Shown: positions 1-9,573 of the stretch, piece after piece | Layout of the letters: the number at the start of each line of letters is the position of its first letter | How positions within the stretch are numbered: the stretch's first letter is position 1 | Assembly: GCA_015522685.1 (NCBI GenBank) | Contig: WALU01000018.1 | Span: forward strand, 1-63,280 | Reading direction: 5' to 3' | Length of the DNA stretch: 63,280 nt | Source: Thermoproteota archaeon | GTDB lineage: Archaea; Korarchaeota; Korarchaeia; Korarchaeales; Korarchaeaceae | Position numbers and translations under genes: made by a program | Notes under the pieces: model-generated | Told to the model about the DNA's origin: nothing | The model's database searches: none | The model's input: the letters and a program-made list of their open reading frames with translations, nothing else

Positions 1-1355
1 CTATAGGGATAATATTATTAATTATAGGTCTACTAATTGGATACTTTGCTGCAACTCCAGGGCAAGCACGTACAACTACTGTAACCCATATGATCCAGAA
101 AACAGTTACTGTAACTAAGACTACTGCTGCAACAGCACCAGCCACTACCACAGCTCCTGCTAAGGAGCAAGTGATAAAAGTTGGCGTATTACTCCCGCTA
201 TCCGGAGGATCAGCTTTTTCAGGTCAAGAAGATCTAAAAGGAATAAAGCTTGCGGCAATGCATATAAATCAGAGCAAGTATCCTAACATAAAGTTCAAGA
301 TAGAGCTAGTTATAGCTGATACTCAGACTAAGCCTGATGTTGGGATGACTGAGCTCAGAAGGCTTGATCAAGCAGGCGTGGTTGCCGTTCTCGGATCTTT
401 CAACTCTGCTGTAACACTGCCTGTGGCAAGCGAATCCGAAAAACTTCATCTTCCATTCGTTGATCCTGAAGCAATAAGTGATGAAATAACTGCCCATGGA
501 TGGAAGTATGTATTTAGAACTTGTGCTAATGCAAGCAAGTATGCTTACGATACTCTCTGGGCTATGTCAGATATTGCGAAGGCTAACGGAGTCGATGTTA
601 AGTCTGTAGCTTTAATCTATGAGAACTCCGAATTTGGAGTTTCCACTGCTAACGGTATTAAGAAGTACCTAAAGATATTCTTCCCCAATGCTAAAGTGGT
701 TCATGACGAGGGCTACCCATCCGGGGAAATAAGTAGTATGGATGACATGGTCGCTAGACTTAAGGCGGAGAACCCCGACATAGTCTTCCACGTCGCTTAC
801 CTTAAGGACGCAGTTCTCTTCGTCCAGACAATGAAGAAGCTGGGCTGGTATCCTTCAAAGGCTTACGTGGGTGCTGGGGCTGGCGGTCAGGCCAGAATAG
901 AGTTCATTCAACAGCTTGGTACTGATGCAAATCACATACTCACTCAAACAGAGTGGCAGCCTGACTTCCTCAACTCCAAGGCTCTGGCTAAATGGACTTG
1001 GATAGATCAGGACTTCAGAAAGCTATATGGGAGAAGTATGGTAGGTAGTACAGCTCTGAACTATGTAGGTACCTATGTACTCGCTACAGCAATACAGAAA
1101 GCTCTTAATTCAGGAGCTAATCCAAGCAATCTTAAGGCATTCAGAGATGCCATAAGGGATTCTCTCGAAACCATAAAAATACCAGTAGGAGAACTCCCTC
1201 TTATGCCTTGGGGAGTTGACTTAACTATGCCCAACCACCAGAACCCTGAGGCGGCTGTGGCTATGGCTCAGATACTTAATAAGAAGTTCAGGATAGTATG
1301 GCCATTGAAGTTCGCTCCAGTTAAAGCAGTCTTCCCGACTCCAGGTTGGGGTTGA
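1..1355 (+). CDS. livK: Branched-chain amino acid-type ABC transporter substrate-binding protein (5' truncated by window edge)
   Basis: The frame is open from nt 3 (IGIILLIIGLLIGYF membrane anchor) through a Thr-rich linker into KVGVLLPLSG...ADTQTKP...GSFNS, a Peripla_BP_6-type fold. It leads the liv operon. Confidence 0.9.
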   Translation, partial: IGIILLIIGLLIGYFAATPGQARTTTVTHMIQKTVTVTKTTAATAPATTTAPAKEQVIKVGVLLPLSGGSAFSGQEDLKGIKLAAMHINQSKYPNIKFKIELVIADTQTKPDVGMTELRRLDQAGVVAVLGSFNSAVTLPVASESEKLHLPFVDPEAISDEITAHGWKYVFRTCANASKYAYDTLWAMSDIAKANGVDVKSVALIYENSEFGVSTANGIKKYLKIFFPNAKVVHDEGYPSGEISSMDDMVARLKAENPDIVFHVAYLKDAVLFVQTMKKLGWYPSKAYVGAGAGGQARIEFIQQLGTDANHILTQTEWQPDFLNSKALAKWTWIDQDFRKLYGRSMVGSTALNYVGTYVLATAIQKALNSGANPSNLKAFRDAIRDSLETIKIPVGELPLMPWGVDLTMPNHQNPEAAVAMAQILNKKFRIVWPLKFAPVKAVFPTPGWG

Positions 1356-1400
1356 TTGAATCTTTCTCATCCTCCCTTTTTCTTAGGAAAGTGATCTATA

Positions 1401-2291
1401 ATGTTTGAATTCAGTGCATATGTGCAAATTCTTACTTCTTATACAATACTTGGCGGAGTTTACGGATTAACTGCCTTGGGCCTCTCTCTCATATGGGGCG
1501 TCATGAAAGCAGTCAACTGGGCTCATGGAGATACTTTAATGGTGGGTATGTATACAGCATATTGGACTGTTACCCTTCTCGGAATAGACCCCTATATAGC
1601 CGCAATAGTGGCATTTCTCCTTCTAGGATTGGTGGGTATGGGAATTCATCTAATAGCCATAGAACCGGTAATAGAGAAACCAGGAGGGCATGAAGCTACT
1701 TTATTGACCACCTTAGGTATCTCCGTGATCTTAGAAAGTGTAGCCCTTATATTATGGTCACCTAACCCTAGATCTTTCCAGAATGTGTATAAAAGTACTT
1801 ATCTTCAATTCTTTGGTATGAGAACGAGTGTAGCGGAGGCGATAGCTTTTACTGTATCTATAGTCTCGATTATAGCTGTAGATCAGCTTCTTAAGAGAGT
1901 TAAGTTTGGGAAGGCTATAAGAGCGGTATCTCAAAATCCAATAGGAGCTAGAGTAGTTGGTATAAATGTTCCTAGAATAAGATTATTCACATTTGGATTG
2001 GGGGTAGCTCTTGCTGGAATGGCTGGCGCGCTGGTAGCTACGTTCTACCCGAATATAAGACCTTTAGCAGGATACATTTGGGATATAGCTTCATATGTAG
2101 TAGTTATATTCGCTGGGCTCGGCACGATATACGGGGTCATATTTGCTGGTATAATAATAGGGATCACGGAAGGCTTAGGTGCAATATTCCTCACAAATGC
2201 TTATAGGCACATTTTAGTATACATAGTTTTCCTCTTAGTACTGCTGCTTAGACCTCAGGGGCTTTTTGGCAAGGCACTAAGGAGGGTCTGA
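1401..2291 (+). CDS. livH: Branched-chain amino acid ABC permease
   Basis: ALGLSLIWGVMKAVNWAHG, GKAIRAVSQN and LLLRPQGLFG motifs. Confidence 0.92.
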   Translation: MFEFSAYVQILTSYTILGGVYGLTALGLSLIWGVMKAVNWAHGDTLMVGMYTAYWTVTLLGIDPYIAAIVAFLLLGLVGMGIHLIAIEPVIEKPGGHEATLLTTLGISVILESVALILWSPNPRSFQNVYKSTYLQFFGMRTSVAEAIAFTVSIVSIIAVDQLLKRVKFGKAIRAVSQNPIGARVVGINVPRIRLFTFGLGVALAGMAGALVATFYPNIRPLAGYIWDIASYVVVIFAGLGTIYGVIFAGIIIGITEGLGAIFLTNAYRHILVYIVFLLVLLLRPQGLFGKALRRV

Positions 2292-2292
2292 T

Positions 2293-3279
2293 ATGAAGAT
2301 AACCATTAAGTGGATTACAATGGCGATACTGTTAATCTTGGCTCTAATTCTGCCACTATTCGCAAATGAGTTTATAATCTCCGTATTCGTCCAAGCGTAC
2401 TTCTGGGCATTTCTGGCCCTAAGTTGGGATGTGATAGGAGGATATGGTGGTCAATTCTCACTTGGGCATGCTGCATTTGTTGGAATAGGAGCTTATACAT
2501 CCACTATACTGCTTGAGAGCTATGGTATATCGCCTTGGATGGGAATGTGGGCTGCTGGCATATTAGCAGGCATTGCTGGTGCATTTATTGGAATAACATC
2601 TCTTAGACTAAGAGGACCTTTCTTTGCCTTAGCAACAATAGCATTCGCTGAACTAGTTAGGCTATTACTTCTATACTTCAAAAATGTAACTAGAGGACCC
2701 TTAGGAATGCTCATAACGCAGACGGGCCCTCAGAATATGATATTCGAGCAGCAATCCTACTACTATTACCTAATGCTTGCATCGATGATCACTGGTGTAA
2801 TTTTCCTGAAATGGTTTGAGAACTCTAAATTCGGCATAGGGCTTGTTGCATTGAGAGAAGATGAAGAAGCGGCTGAAAGTGTTGGTATAAACGTCTATAA
2901 GACAAAGATAATAGGAGCTACAATAAGTGCTTTTCTTACAGGAATAGGGGGGACTATATATGCTCAATGGCTCCACTATGTGAGACCCGACGTCCTAGTT
3001 AAGTTGGATTATTCTACTCAAATAGCTGCAATAGACATAGTTGGAGGAGCTAGTAGCCCTTACGGAGGTGTTATAGGATCCTTAATTCTAGTACCCTTAT
3101 CTCTTTACCTCAACTCAATATTCGGAGGAATGATAGCAGGCTTGAGCCTCATACTTTACGGCGTGGTTCTCCTATTGGTGGTTGTACTACTACCTAGTGG
3201 TATTTATGAATTTCTAAGGAGGAGAATCTCTGATATCATGGCTAAGAAGATGGAGAAAGGAGGTGGCAAAACTGCCTAG
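2293..3279 (+). CDS. livM: Branched-chain amino acid ABC permease
   Basis: GYGGQFSLGHAAFVGIGAY, LRLRGPFFALAT, ALREDEEAAESVG. Confidence 0.92.
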   Translation: MKITIKWITMAILLILALILPLFANEFIISVFVQAYFWAFLALSWDVIGGYGGQFSLGHAAFVGIGAYTSTILLESYGISPWMGMWAAGILAGIAGAFIGITSLRLRGPFFALATIAFAELVRLLLLYFKNVTRGPLGMLITQTGPQNMIFEQQSYYYYLMLASMITGVIFLKWFENSKFGIGLVALREDEEAAESVGINVYKTKIIGATISAFLTGIGGTIYAQWLHYVRPDVLVKLDYSTQIAAIDIVGGASSPYGGVIGSLILVPLSLYLNSIFGGMIAGLSLILYGVVLLLVVVLLPSGIYEFLRRRISDIMAKKMEKGGGKTA

Positions 3280-4009
3280 CATCCTTAAAATAAAGGGGAT
3301 AACAAAGAAGTTCGGTGGGCTAGTAGCCCTTAATAAAGTGAGCTTGGAGGTAAGAAGGCACGAGCTCCTTGGTTTAATAGGTCCTAATGGCTCTGGCAAA
3401 ACCACGCTCTTTAATGTGATAACTGGGTATTATAAGCCAGAAGAAGGGAGGATATATTATAAAGAGCAAGATATAACTGGTCTTAGACCTCATAAAATAG
3501 TTAAAATGGGCGTAGCTAGGACATTCCAGATTCCAAAGCCCTTTGGAAGACTAACCGTATTGGAAAATGTTATGTCTGCTGCTATGTATGGCAGAGAAGC
3601 AACAGCTTCTAAAGGTAAAGCTAAATCCCTCGCAATGGAGTGGCTGAAATATGTTGGGCTTGATAAGAAAGCTGATATAGAGGCAAAGACCTTAAATATA
3701 GTTGAGAGAAAGCTAATGGAGCTAGCTAGAGCCCTCTCTACAGGACCGGATCTGCTACTGTTAGATGAGCTTGTTGCAGGGCTAAACACATCGGAGATGA
3801 TGAATGTTGTAGAGCTTGTTAGAAGGCTCGTGGATGAAAAGGGACTAACGATAATAATGGTAGAGCATGTTATGAAAGCAGTAATGAGTATATCAGATAG
3901 AGTATTTGTTCTCCATAGAGGAGAAAAGTTGGCAGAAGGGAAACCAGAAGAGATAGCTAAGGACCCTAAGGTCATAGAAGCATATTTAGGGGAACCTATC
4001 AAGGTGTAA
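3263..4009 (+). CDS. livG: Branched-chain amino acid ABC ATPase
   Basis: GPNGSGKT, ARTFQ, LLLLDE, C-terminal VIEAYLG. Confidence 0.93.
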   Translation: MAKLPSILKIKGITKKFGGLVALNKVSLEVRRHELLGLIGPNGSGKTTLFNVITGYYKPEEGRIYYKEQDITGLRPHKIVKMGVARTFQIPKPFGRLTVLENVMSAAMYGREATASKGKAKSLAMEWLKYVGLDKKADIEAKTLNIVERKLMELARALSTGPDLLLLDELVAGLNTSEMMNVVELVRRLVDEKGLTIIMVEHVMKAVMSISDRVFVLHRGEKLAEGKPEEIAKDPKVIEAYLGEPIKV

Positions 4010-4728
4010 TGGTGATACATATGCTGCTTGAACTAAAAGATATAAATGCAGGTTACGGTGATCTACATATCCTATGGGACGTAAGTTTAGGCATAGAAAG
4101 GGGTGAGATTGTCAGTCTCCTAGGTAGCAATGGAGCTGGCAAAACAACCACTCTAAGAGCAATATCAGGACTTATCAGGCCATTCAGCGGCAGTATTTAC
4201 TTTAATAGGGAGGATATAACGGGATATCCAATCCATAGAAGAGTTGAAATGGGGCTATCTCTAGTTCCAGAGGGAAGGCAGCTCTTTCCAGAGATGAATA
4301 TAGTAGAGAATCTTGAAATGGGTGCCTATACTAAGAGAGCAGAGGAAAATTTCCAGGATGCATTAGAATGGGTCTTTAATCTCTTTCCTAAACTTAAAGA
4401 GAGGAAGAAGCAGTTAGCTGGTACTATGAGCGGTGGAGAGCAGCAGATGCTTGCCATAGCCAGAGGACTGATGAATAGACCTGAGATCTTGATGATGGAT
4501 GAGCCTTCCATGGGACTGGCGCCTAAACTCGTTCTTGAAATATTCAACACGATAATGAAACTAAGGGAAGAGGGAGTAACTATCTTTCTAGTAGAACAGA
4601 ATGCTAAAGCAGCTCTTGATATTTCTGATAGGGCCTATATAATAGAAACAGGTAGAATTACTTTACATGGACCTGCAAAGGAGCTTCTTAGCATGGATGA
4701 AGTTAGAAAAGCATATTTGGGTATCTAA
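4009..4728 (+). CDS. livF: Branched-chain amino acid ABC ATPase
   Basis: GSNGAGKT, VPEGRQLF, MSGGEQQMLA, DEPSMGLAP. Confidence 0.93.
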   Translation: MVIHMLLELKDINAGYGDLHILWDVSLGIERGEIVSLLGSNGAGKTTTLRAISGLIRPFSGSIYFNREDITGYPIHRRVEMGLSLVPEGRQLFPEMNIVENLEMGAYTKRAEENFQDALEWVFNLFPKLKERKKQLAGTMSGGEQQMLAIARGLMNRPEILMMDEPSMGLAPKLVLEIFNTIMKLREEGVTIFLVEQNAKAALDISDRAYIIETGRITLHGPAKELLSMDEVRKAYLGI

Positions 4729-4763
4729 TTATCCCTTCTTTTTATTGCTACGAAGATAGAAAG

Positions 4764-5765
4764 TTAGATTAGCCTAAATAATGCATTTATGACATCATCA
4801 GTTGTGGAAGAACCCCCTAAATCTGGAGTTAATGCGATTCTCCTCTCTATAAGATCATCGACTGCCCTTCTCACTAACATACCTTTCTCTCTTAGGTCTG
4901 AATTCTTAGTTCCCAGCCACGTTAACATCAGGGAAGATGCAATAACAGCCCCTAAGGGATTAGCTATTCCTCTACCAGCTATGTCTTCAGCAGTGCCATG
5001 AATGGGCTCAAAGGCAGCAAAACTATCTCCTACTTGCGCTGATCCGCAAAGTCCTAAGCTACCTATGACCCCGGCTGCTACATCAGAGAGTATGTCTCCA
5101 TATAGATTTGGGGTAACCATTATGTCAAAGGCATTATCAACTTTAACTAGCTTGTAAGAAGCAGCATCAACTATAGCATCATCCGCAGCTATGCTAGGAT
5201 GTTTTTTGGCTACTTCATAGAAGGTTTCAAGAAAGAGCCCATCAGAGACCTTGAGTATGTTTCTCTTATGTATAGCCGTTACTCTCTCCCTTTTTTCTTC
5301 CTCAGCGAGCCCAAATGCATACTCCGATATTTTCTCTGATTTTCTCTTTGTTATAATTCTGCTGGCTATAGCCTTCTCTCCATCTGCCTCCTCAATACCG
5401 GAATAAAGGCCTTCAGTATTCTCCCTTACAATCACCGTGCTTAACTTTCTAATGGAAATTCCAGAGTAGCTCCTGAAAGGCCTTACATTGGCATACAGAT
5501 TGAACTCCCTTCTAATCCTCAGATTGATGCTCAGGTACGTTCTACCTCTAACAGGAGTGGCTATTGGCCCTTTAAGGAGGACATCGCTCTCTTTAATCTT
5601 CTGTATCCCCTTCTCCTCCATGGGAAGACCTGTTTCGTAGAAGTACTTCTTTCCTGCTTTTATGAAGACGAATTCAGCTTCAATCAGGCTTTCCAAAATA
5701 GAGATAACTCCCCTTATTATCTCAGGCCCTACACCATCTCCCTCTATGACAGCTATCTTGATCAT
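4764..5765 (-). CDS. Isocitrate/isopropylmalate dehydrogenase family protein, most likely isocitrate dehydrogenase
   Basis: GDGVGPE, RENTEGLY, PNLYGDILSD, FEPIHGTA. KGPIATP...SINLRIRREFNLYANVRP carries the IDH-type S-x-N substrate motif. Confidence 0.85.
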   Translation of the reverse strand: MIKIAVIEGDGVGPEIIRGVISILESLIEAEFVFIKAGKKYFYETGLPMEEKGIQKIKESDVLLKGPIATPVRGRTYLSINLRIRREFNLYANVRPFRSYSGISIRKLSTVIVRENTEGLYSGIEEADGEKAIASRIITKRKSEKISEYAFGLAEEEKRERVTAIHKRNILKVSDGLFLETFYEVAKKHPSIAADDAIVDAASYKLVKVDNAFDIMVTPNLYGDILSDVAAGVIGSLGLCGSAQVGDSFAAFEPIHGTAEDIAGRGIANPLGAVIASSLMLTWLGTKNSDLREKGMLVRRAVDDLIERRIALTPDLGGSSTTDDVINALFRLI

Positions 5766-5777
5766 GATGAATAACCT

Positions 5778-6272
5778 CTATTCCCATGGGAACTTTCCCC
5801 ATCTCTTATAGTAACTCTCAATTCCTCCTTCTCGGATTATTGCCATTATCAGGTCTGGATATGGAGGAAAGTTTACCTCTATCTCTCTAGTCATATTCCT
5901 AACGATTCCATTCTCAAGGTCTATTTCCACATTATCCTTATCCTCCGCTTCTATATCAGCTTCCACAGCGGGTAATCCTACGTTGATAGAGTTCCTATAG
6001 AAAATTCTAGCGAAGGACTTGGCCACTACAGCGCCTACTCCTACAAGTTTGAGGAGCCTAGCAGCATGTTCTCTGCTAGAACCATAACCGAAGTTCTTTC
6101 CAGCTATTATTACGTCACCTTTCCTTACTCTCTCACTGAATTCTGGAATCACATCGTGAAAGACGTACTTCTTCATCTCCTCTAGGGTCCTCACCTTGTA
6201 TTTAAGCCTCCCAGGTATTATATGGTCAGTTGTTATATCATCCCCTAGCTTCCAAGCCCTTCCCTTTATCAT
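5778..6272 (-). CDS. Aconitase-family hydratase small subunit (LeuD/HacB type)
   Basis: DITTDHIIPG, GKNFGYGSSREHA, AKSFARIFYRNSINVG. Confidence 0.92.
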   Translation of the reverse strand: MIKGRAWKLGDDITTDHIIPGRLKYKVRTLEEMKKYVFHDVIPEFSERVRKGDVIIAGKNFGYGSSREHAARLLKLVGVGAVVAKSFARIFYRNSINVGLPAVEADIEAEDKDNVEIDLENGIVRNMTREIEVNFPPYPDLIMAIIREGGIESYYKRWGKFPWE

Positions 6273-7525
6273 AATAAAAACCTCCCAGGATCCGTTATCT
6301 GGCCCCTAACTGCAGTTGCTGCGGCAGTTAATGGGGAAGCAAGATATACTTTGCTGGTTGGGTCTCCCATTCTCCCCACAAAGTTCCTAGTAGAGGTGGA
6401 AAGAGCGATCTCATTTGGTCCAAGAACCCCCATATGAGCTCCAATGCAAGGGCCGCATGTCGGCGGTCCTATCACACATCCAGCCTCTGCAAGATCCTTA
6501 GCTAATCCCCTTTCTAGCATCTTCATATAAACCTCCCTAGATGCTGGTGCTGCTATGCACCTCACACCTTGGCTCACCTTATTTCCTCTCAATATACGAA
6601 GAGCCTGCATGAAATCTTCCAGCCTGCCTCCTGAGCATGAACCTATGAAGACCTCATTTACCTTTGCCCCTTCAAGGTCCTCTACAGGCTTCACTCTATC
6701 AACATTGCTAGGTAGAGATAGGTTCGGTTTTATATCCTCTGCCTTAAACTCGTGAACTATCTGGTAATCTGCATTTTCATCAGGCCTCAACTCCTTCAAT
6801 GGCTTTGATGTCCTCCTTTTGAGCCAATCCAGGGTCTTCTTATCAGCAGGTACTAGACCTACCTTAGCTCCCATTTCAACGCTCATATTAGATAGAACCA
6901 TCCTCGAATCTATGCTCATTCCCTCGACAGTTGATCCTAGGAACTCCATAGCTATGTAGTTAGCTCCATCACTCTTCATATAACCTATTATCTCCAGTAT
7001 AACATCCTTGGCCATGACGCAGTCCCTAAGCCGACCATCGACCTTAATCGCTATACTTTCTGGAATTCTAAGCCAGGTCTTACCTTTAGCCATAGCTATA
7101 GCAGCATCTGTGCTTCCTACTCCAGTAGCAAATGATCCGAATGCCCCAAGAGTGACAGTATGGCTATCAGCTCCTAATATAACCATGCCTGGTTTTACAA
7201 GGCCCTTCTCAGGCAAGACCTGATGGCTTATGCCGTTACCTACATCAAATATCTCTATTCCATTAGAAGAAGCGAACTCCCTCATCTGGATATGAAGAGC
7301 TGCAGCCTCCACATGAGGTGCTGGAGCTGCATGATCTATTATAAACTTAATCCTGCTTGGATTCCTTACTCTATCTATGCCTAACTCCTTTAGGACGTCT
7401 ATTGCGAGAGGAGCTGTACCATCATGAGCATAAACTAGATCGACATCCATTGCTATGTACTCGCCTGGATGTACCTCTCTACCAACCTTTTTGGAGAGTA
7501 TCTTCTCTGTTAGGGTCATTCCCAT
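6269..7525 (-). CDS. Aconitase-family hydratase large subunit (LeuC/HacA type)
   Basis: MTLTEKIL, IIDH, GISHQV, GADSHT, FIGSC..GR, CGPCIG (three 4Fe-4S Cys), STSTRNFVGRMG, YLASP. Confidence 0.93.
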   Translation of the reverse strand: MGMTLTEKILSKKVGREVHPGEYIAMDVDLVYAHDGTAPLAIDVLKELGIDRVRNPSRIKFIIDHAAPAPHVEAAALHIQMREFASSNGIEIFDVGNGISHQVLPEKGLVKPGMVILGADSHTVTLGAFGSFATGVGSTDAAIAMAKGKTWLRIPESIAIKVDGRLRDCVMAKDVILEIIGYMKSDGANYIAMEFLGSTVEGMSIDSRMVLSNMSVEMGAKVGLVPADKKTLDWLKRRTSKPLKELRPDENADYQIVHEFKAEDIKPNLSLPSNVDRVKPVEDLEGAKVNEVFIGSCSGGRLEDFMQALRILRGNKVSQGVRCIAAPASREVYMKMLERGLAKDLAEAGCVIGPPTCGPCIGAHMGVLGPNEIALSTSTRNFVGRMGDPTSKVYLASPLTAAATAVRGQITDPGRFLL

Positions 7526-8814
7526 ACCTTAACACCCTCCATGAGCTCTGGAACGTACTTCTTGAGTATCAGAAATATCTCTTCATCGCTCAGTGGCTCA
7601 ACTCTCCCATCCTTAAAGCGATCAAGTACCTCTTTATAAGCAGCATCCAGTCTAGGATCCCTCTTCAGGCTGGACCAGTTCCTTATCCCAGCTCTCTTAA
7701 CTAACCAATATATGAGGCCGGCTCTTCCTGAATAGGGCGTAATCTCAACGGTGTATGGAATGCCTAGGACCACCTCTGGGTTAAATGGCAAGTATATAGC
7801 TGGATTCTTTAAGAGACCATCTATATGTATTCCCGCCTTAGTTCTGAAGGCGTTCTCTCCCAAGAGAGGATAGAACTCAGGTATGCGGAATCCCATCTTA
7901 GTGAAAAGAGCCTTAGCTTCCCTTAGAGCTCCAAGGTTTAATGGAGAGTTTTCCATTAATTGGGCATGAAATATTGCCATGGCCTCCAACGGACAATTTC
8001 CAGCTCTCTCTCCTATACCTAGAAGTGTACAATTGGATAGGGATGCCCCATATACCCAAGCAGCTAGATGATTGGCTACTACTAGATGAAAGTCATTATG
8101 CCCATGAAATTCCAATTGCTTACTTTTAAGACCAAGATCGTCTAGAAGAAGCCTTATCAACCTTGGTATGCTCCTCGGAAGCGGTGCCTCTATAAAAGGA
8201 AGGCCCATCCCCAAGGTATCTGAGAGCTTGAACTCTATCTCCATGCTATACTTTCTAGAAAGCTTGAGCACTCTATTGAGGAATGGAAGTAGAAAGCCGT
8301 AAACATCACTCCTAGTTACATCCTCCATTGCAATCTTGAGCCTAAGGCCCATCTTCAATCCCTCCTCTATGACTTTGAGGTACTTCTCCTGTGCAGTCTC
8401 CCTGTCCATTCCGAGCTTATGATATATATGAAAGTCTGATATGGAAGTTAGAACTACCGCGGTATCCAATTTAGCTTCCTTTACAAGCTTCAAATCACTT
8501 ACCTTAGCCCTGACCCACCCTATCGGCCTAGGATAAGAATCTCTATCTCTTATCTCGGAGATCATCCTCCTATCTTTTTGAGTATATGGAAAGAACTCTA
8601 TATCCCTTACGACTCCACTGTTATTGTCGAGCTTTACAAGTATGTCATATATCTCGAGGGCTTCTTTCACCCTGAATGGCCTGCTTCCCTGCTGGCCATC
8701 TCTCAAGGTGGTATCTGTTAATATAAGCTCGTGATCAGGAGGCTTCCTTCCGAATCTGGGCACGCCTATCTTAGGAAAGAACCAATTCTCACTGTCCTCC
8801 ATTAGTATCGCCAT
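7516..8814 (-). CDS. Re-citrate synthase-like DRE-TIM metallolyase
   Basis: DTTLRDGQQ, LDNNSG, EFFPY, SDFHIYHKL, EDVTRSD, DTLGMG..PRS, HGHNDF, GIGERAGNCPLE, AGIHIDG and YSGRAG match the clostridial Re-citrate synthase pattern as I recall it. No LeuA C-terminal regulatory domain. Confidence 0.8.
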   Translation of the reverse strand: MAILMEDSENWFFPKIGVPRFGRKPPDHELILTDTTLRDGQQGSRPFRVKEALEIYDILVKLDNNSGVVRDIEFFPYTQKDRRMISEIRDRDSYPRPIGWVRAKVSDLKLVKEAKLDTAVVLTSISDFHIYHKLGMDRETAQEKYLKVIEEGLKMGLRLKIAMEDVTRSDVYGFLLPFLNRVLKLSRKYSMEIEFKLSDTLGMGLPFIEAPLPRSIPRLIRLLLDDLGLKSKQLEFHGHNDFHLVVANHLAAWVYGASLSNCTLLGIGERAGNCPLEAMAIFHAQLMENSPLNLGALREAKALFTKMGFRIPEFYPLLGENAFRTKAGIHIDGLLKNPAIYLPFNPEVVLGIPYTVEITPYSGRAGLIYWLVKRAGIRNWSSLKRDPRLDAAYKEVLDRFKDGRVEPLSDEEIFLILKKYVPELMEGVKVWE

Positions 8815-9573
8815 TTTCGCACTTAATTTATCGGTGAACTATTTATATATTCCTTTTATCGTCATATAATATACGAAAATCGAACCTTAAAATATTAGTC
8901 CTATATCTTAAACATATCCGACAAGCTGCAAGAAAAGGGACAATGAATCTAAAAGATTTTGCTCAAGATAGACAGCTATCTCGGTCTAAAAATAGGTGAG
9001 TTACTAGTTCCTCCTTCGGACTGAGTTATAGATTCTACTGCCTGTTTATCTCCTGAAGAGCGATAATATTTCAACTATTAGGATGACAATGAATAACCGA
9101 ATATTTATGCAATTCTGCTAACGTCATAGCCTGACTTGGGAATGTTTTAGTTATAGTAACTGTTTGAAGGGCACTAATAGCCTTGTTTACCGTAATCATC
9201 TTAGGATTTTCTGCAGAAAGTACCTTATTTGAGGGCAATGTTAAGGATAAGCTAGGTGAAGAGTACCTTAAGTGCTATATCAACGTAGACGCTCTGGAAT
9301 GTTGAAGGATCCCTCTTCCTCTAATGGTCATGGTATAGACATCACATGACGCGTTAATGGATCCTTCGCCTCAATCTTAGCATATATGAGTAACGTTCAG
9401 GTCAAAATCAGCAGCACTTACTGGCATCAGGATGATAGAATAAGTAAAAATAATAGTAAAGGAGGGAATAAAAATCTCGGGTGGATCACTTTTCTTTTTT
9501 AGAGTTAGAAGGATAGCTCATAAAGTTTTGAGGACTCACTACATTCCATATTATAACATTTGATGAATTAGCC

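Noticed and set aside
4764-8814. Annotation as leuABCD or lysine AAA-pathway genes
   Set aside because: Synthase and dehydrogenase motifs fit Re-citrate synthase and IDH better, so no leu symbols were assigned.
8830-9570. Possible ammonium-transporter or other pseudogene between the synthase and glnA
   Set aside because: Only a short hydrophobic stretch (ALIALFTVIILGF) with no recognisable family motif.
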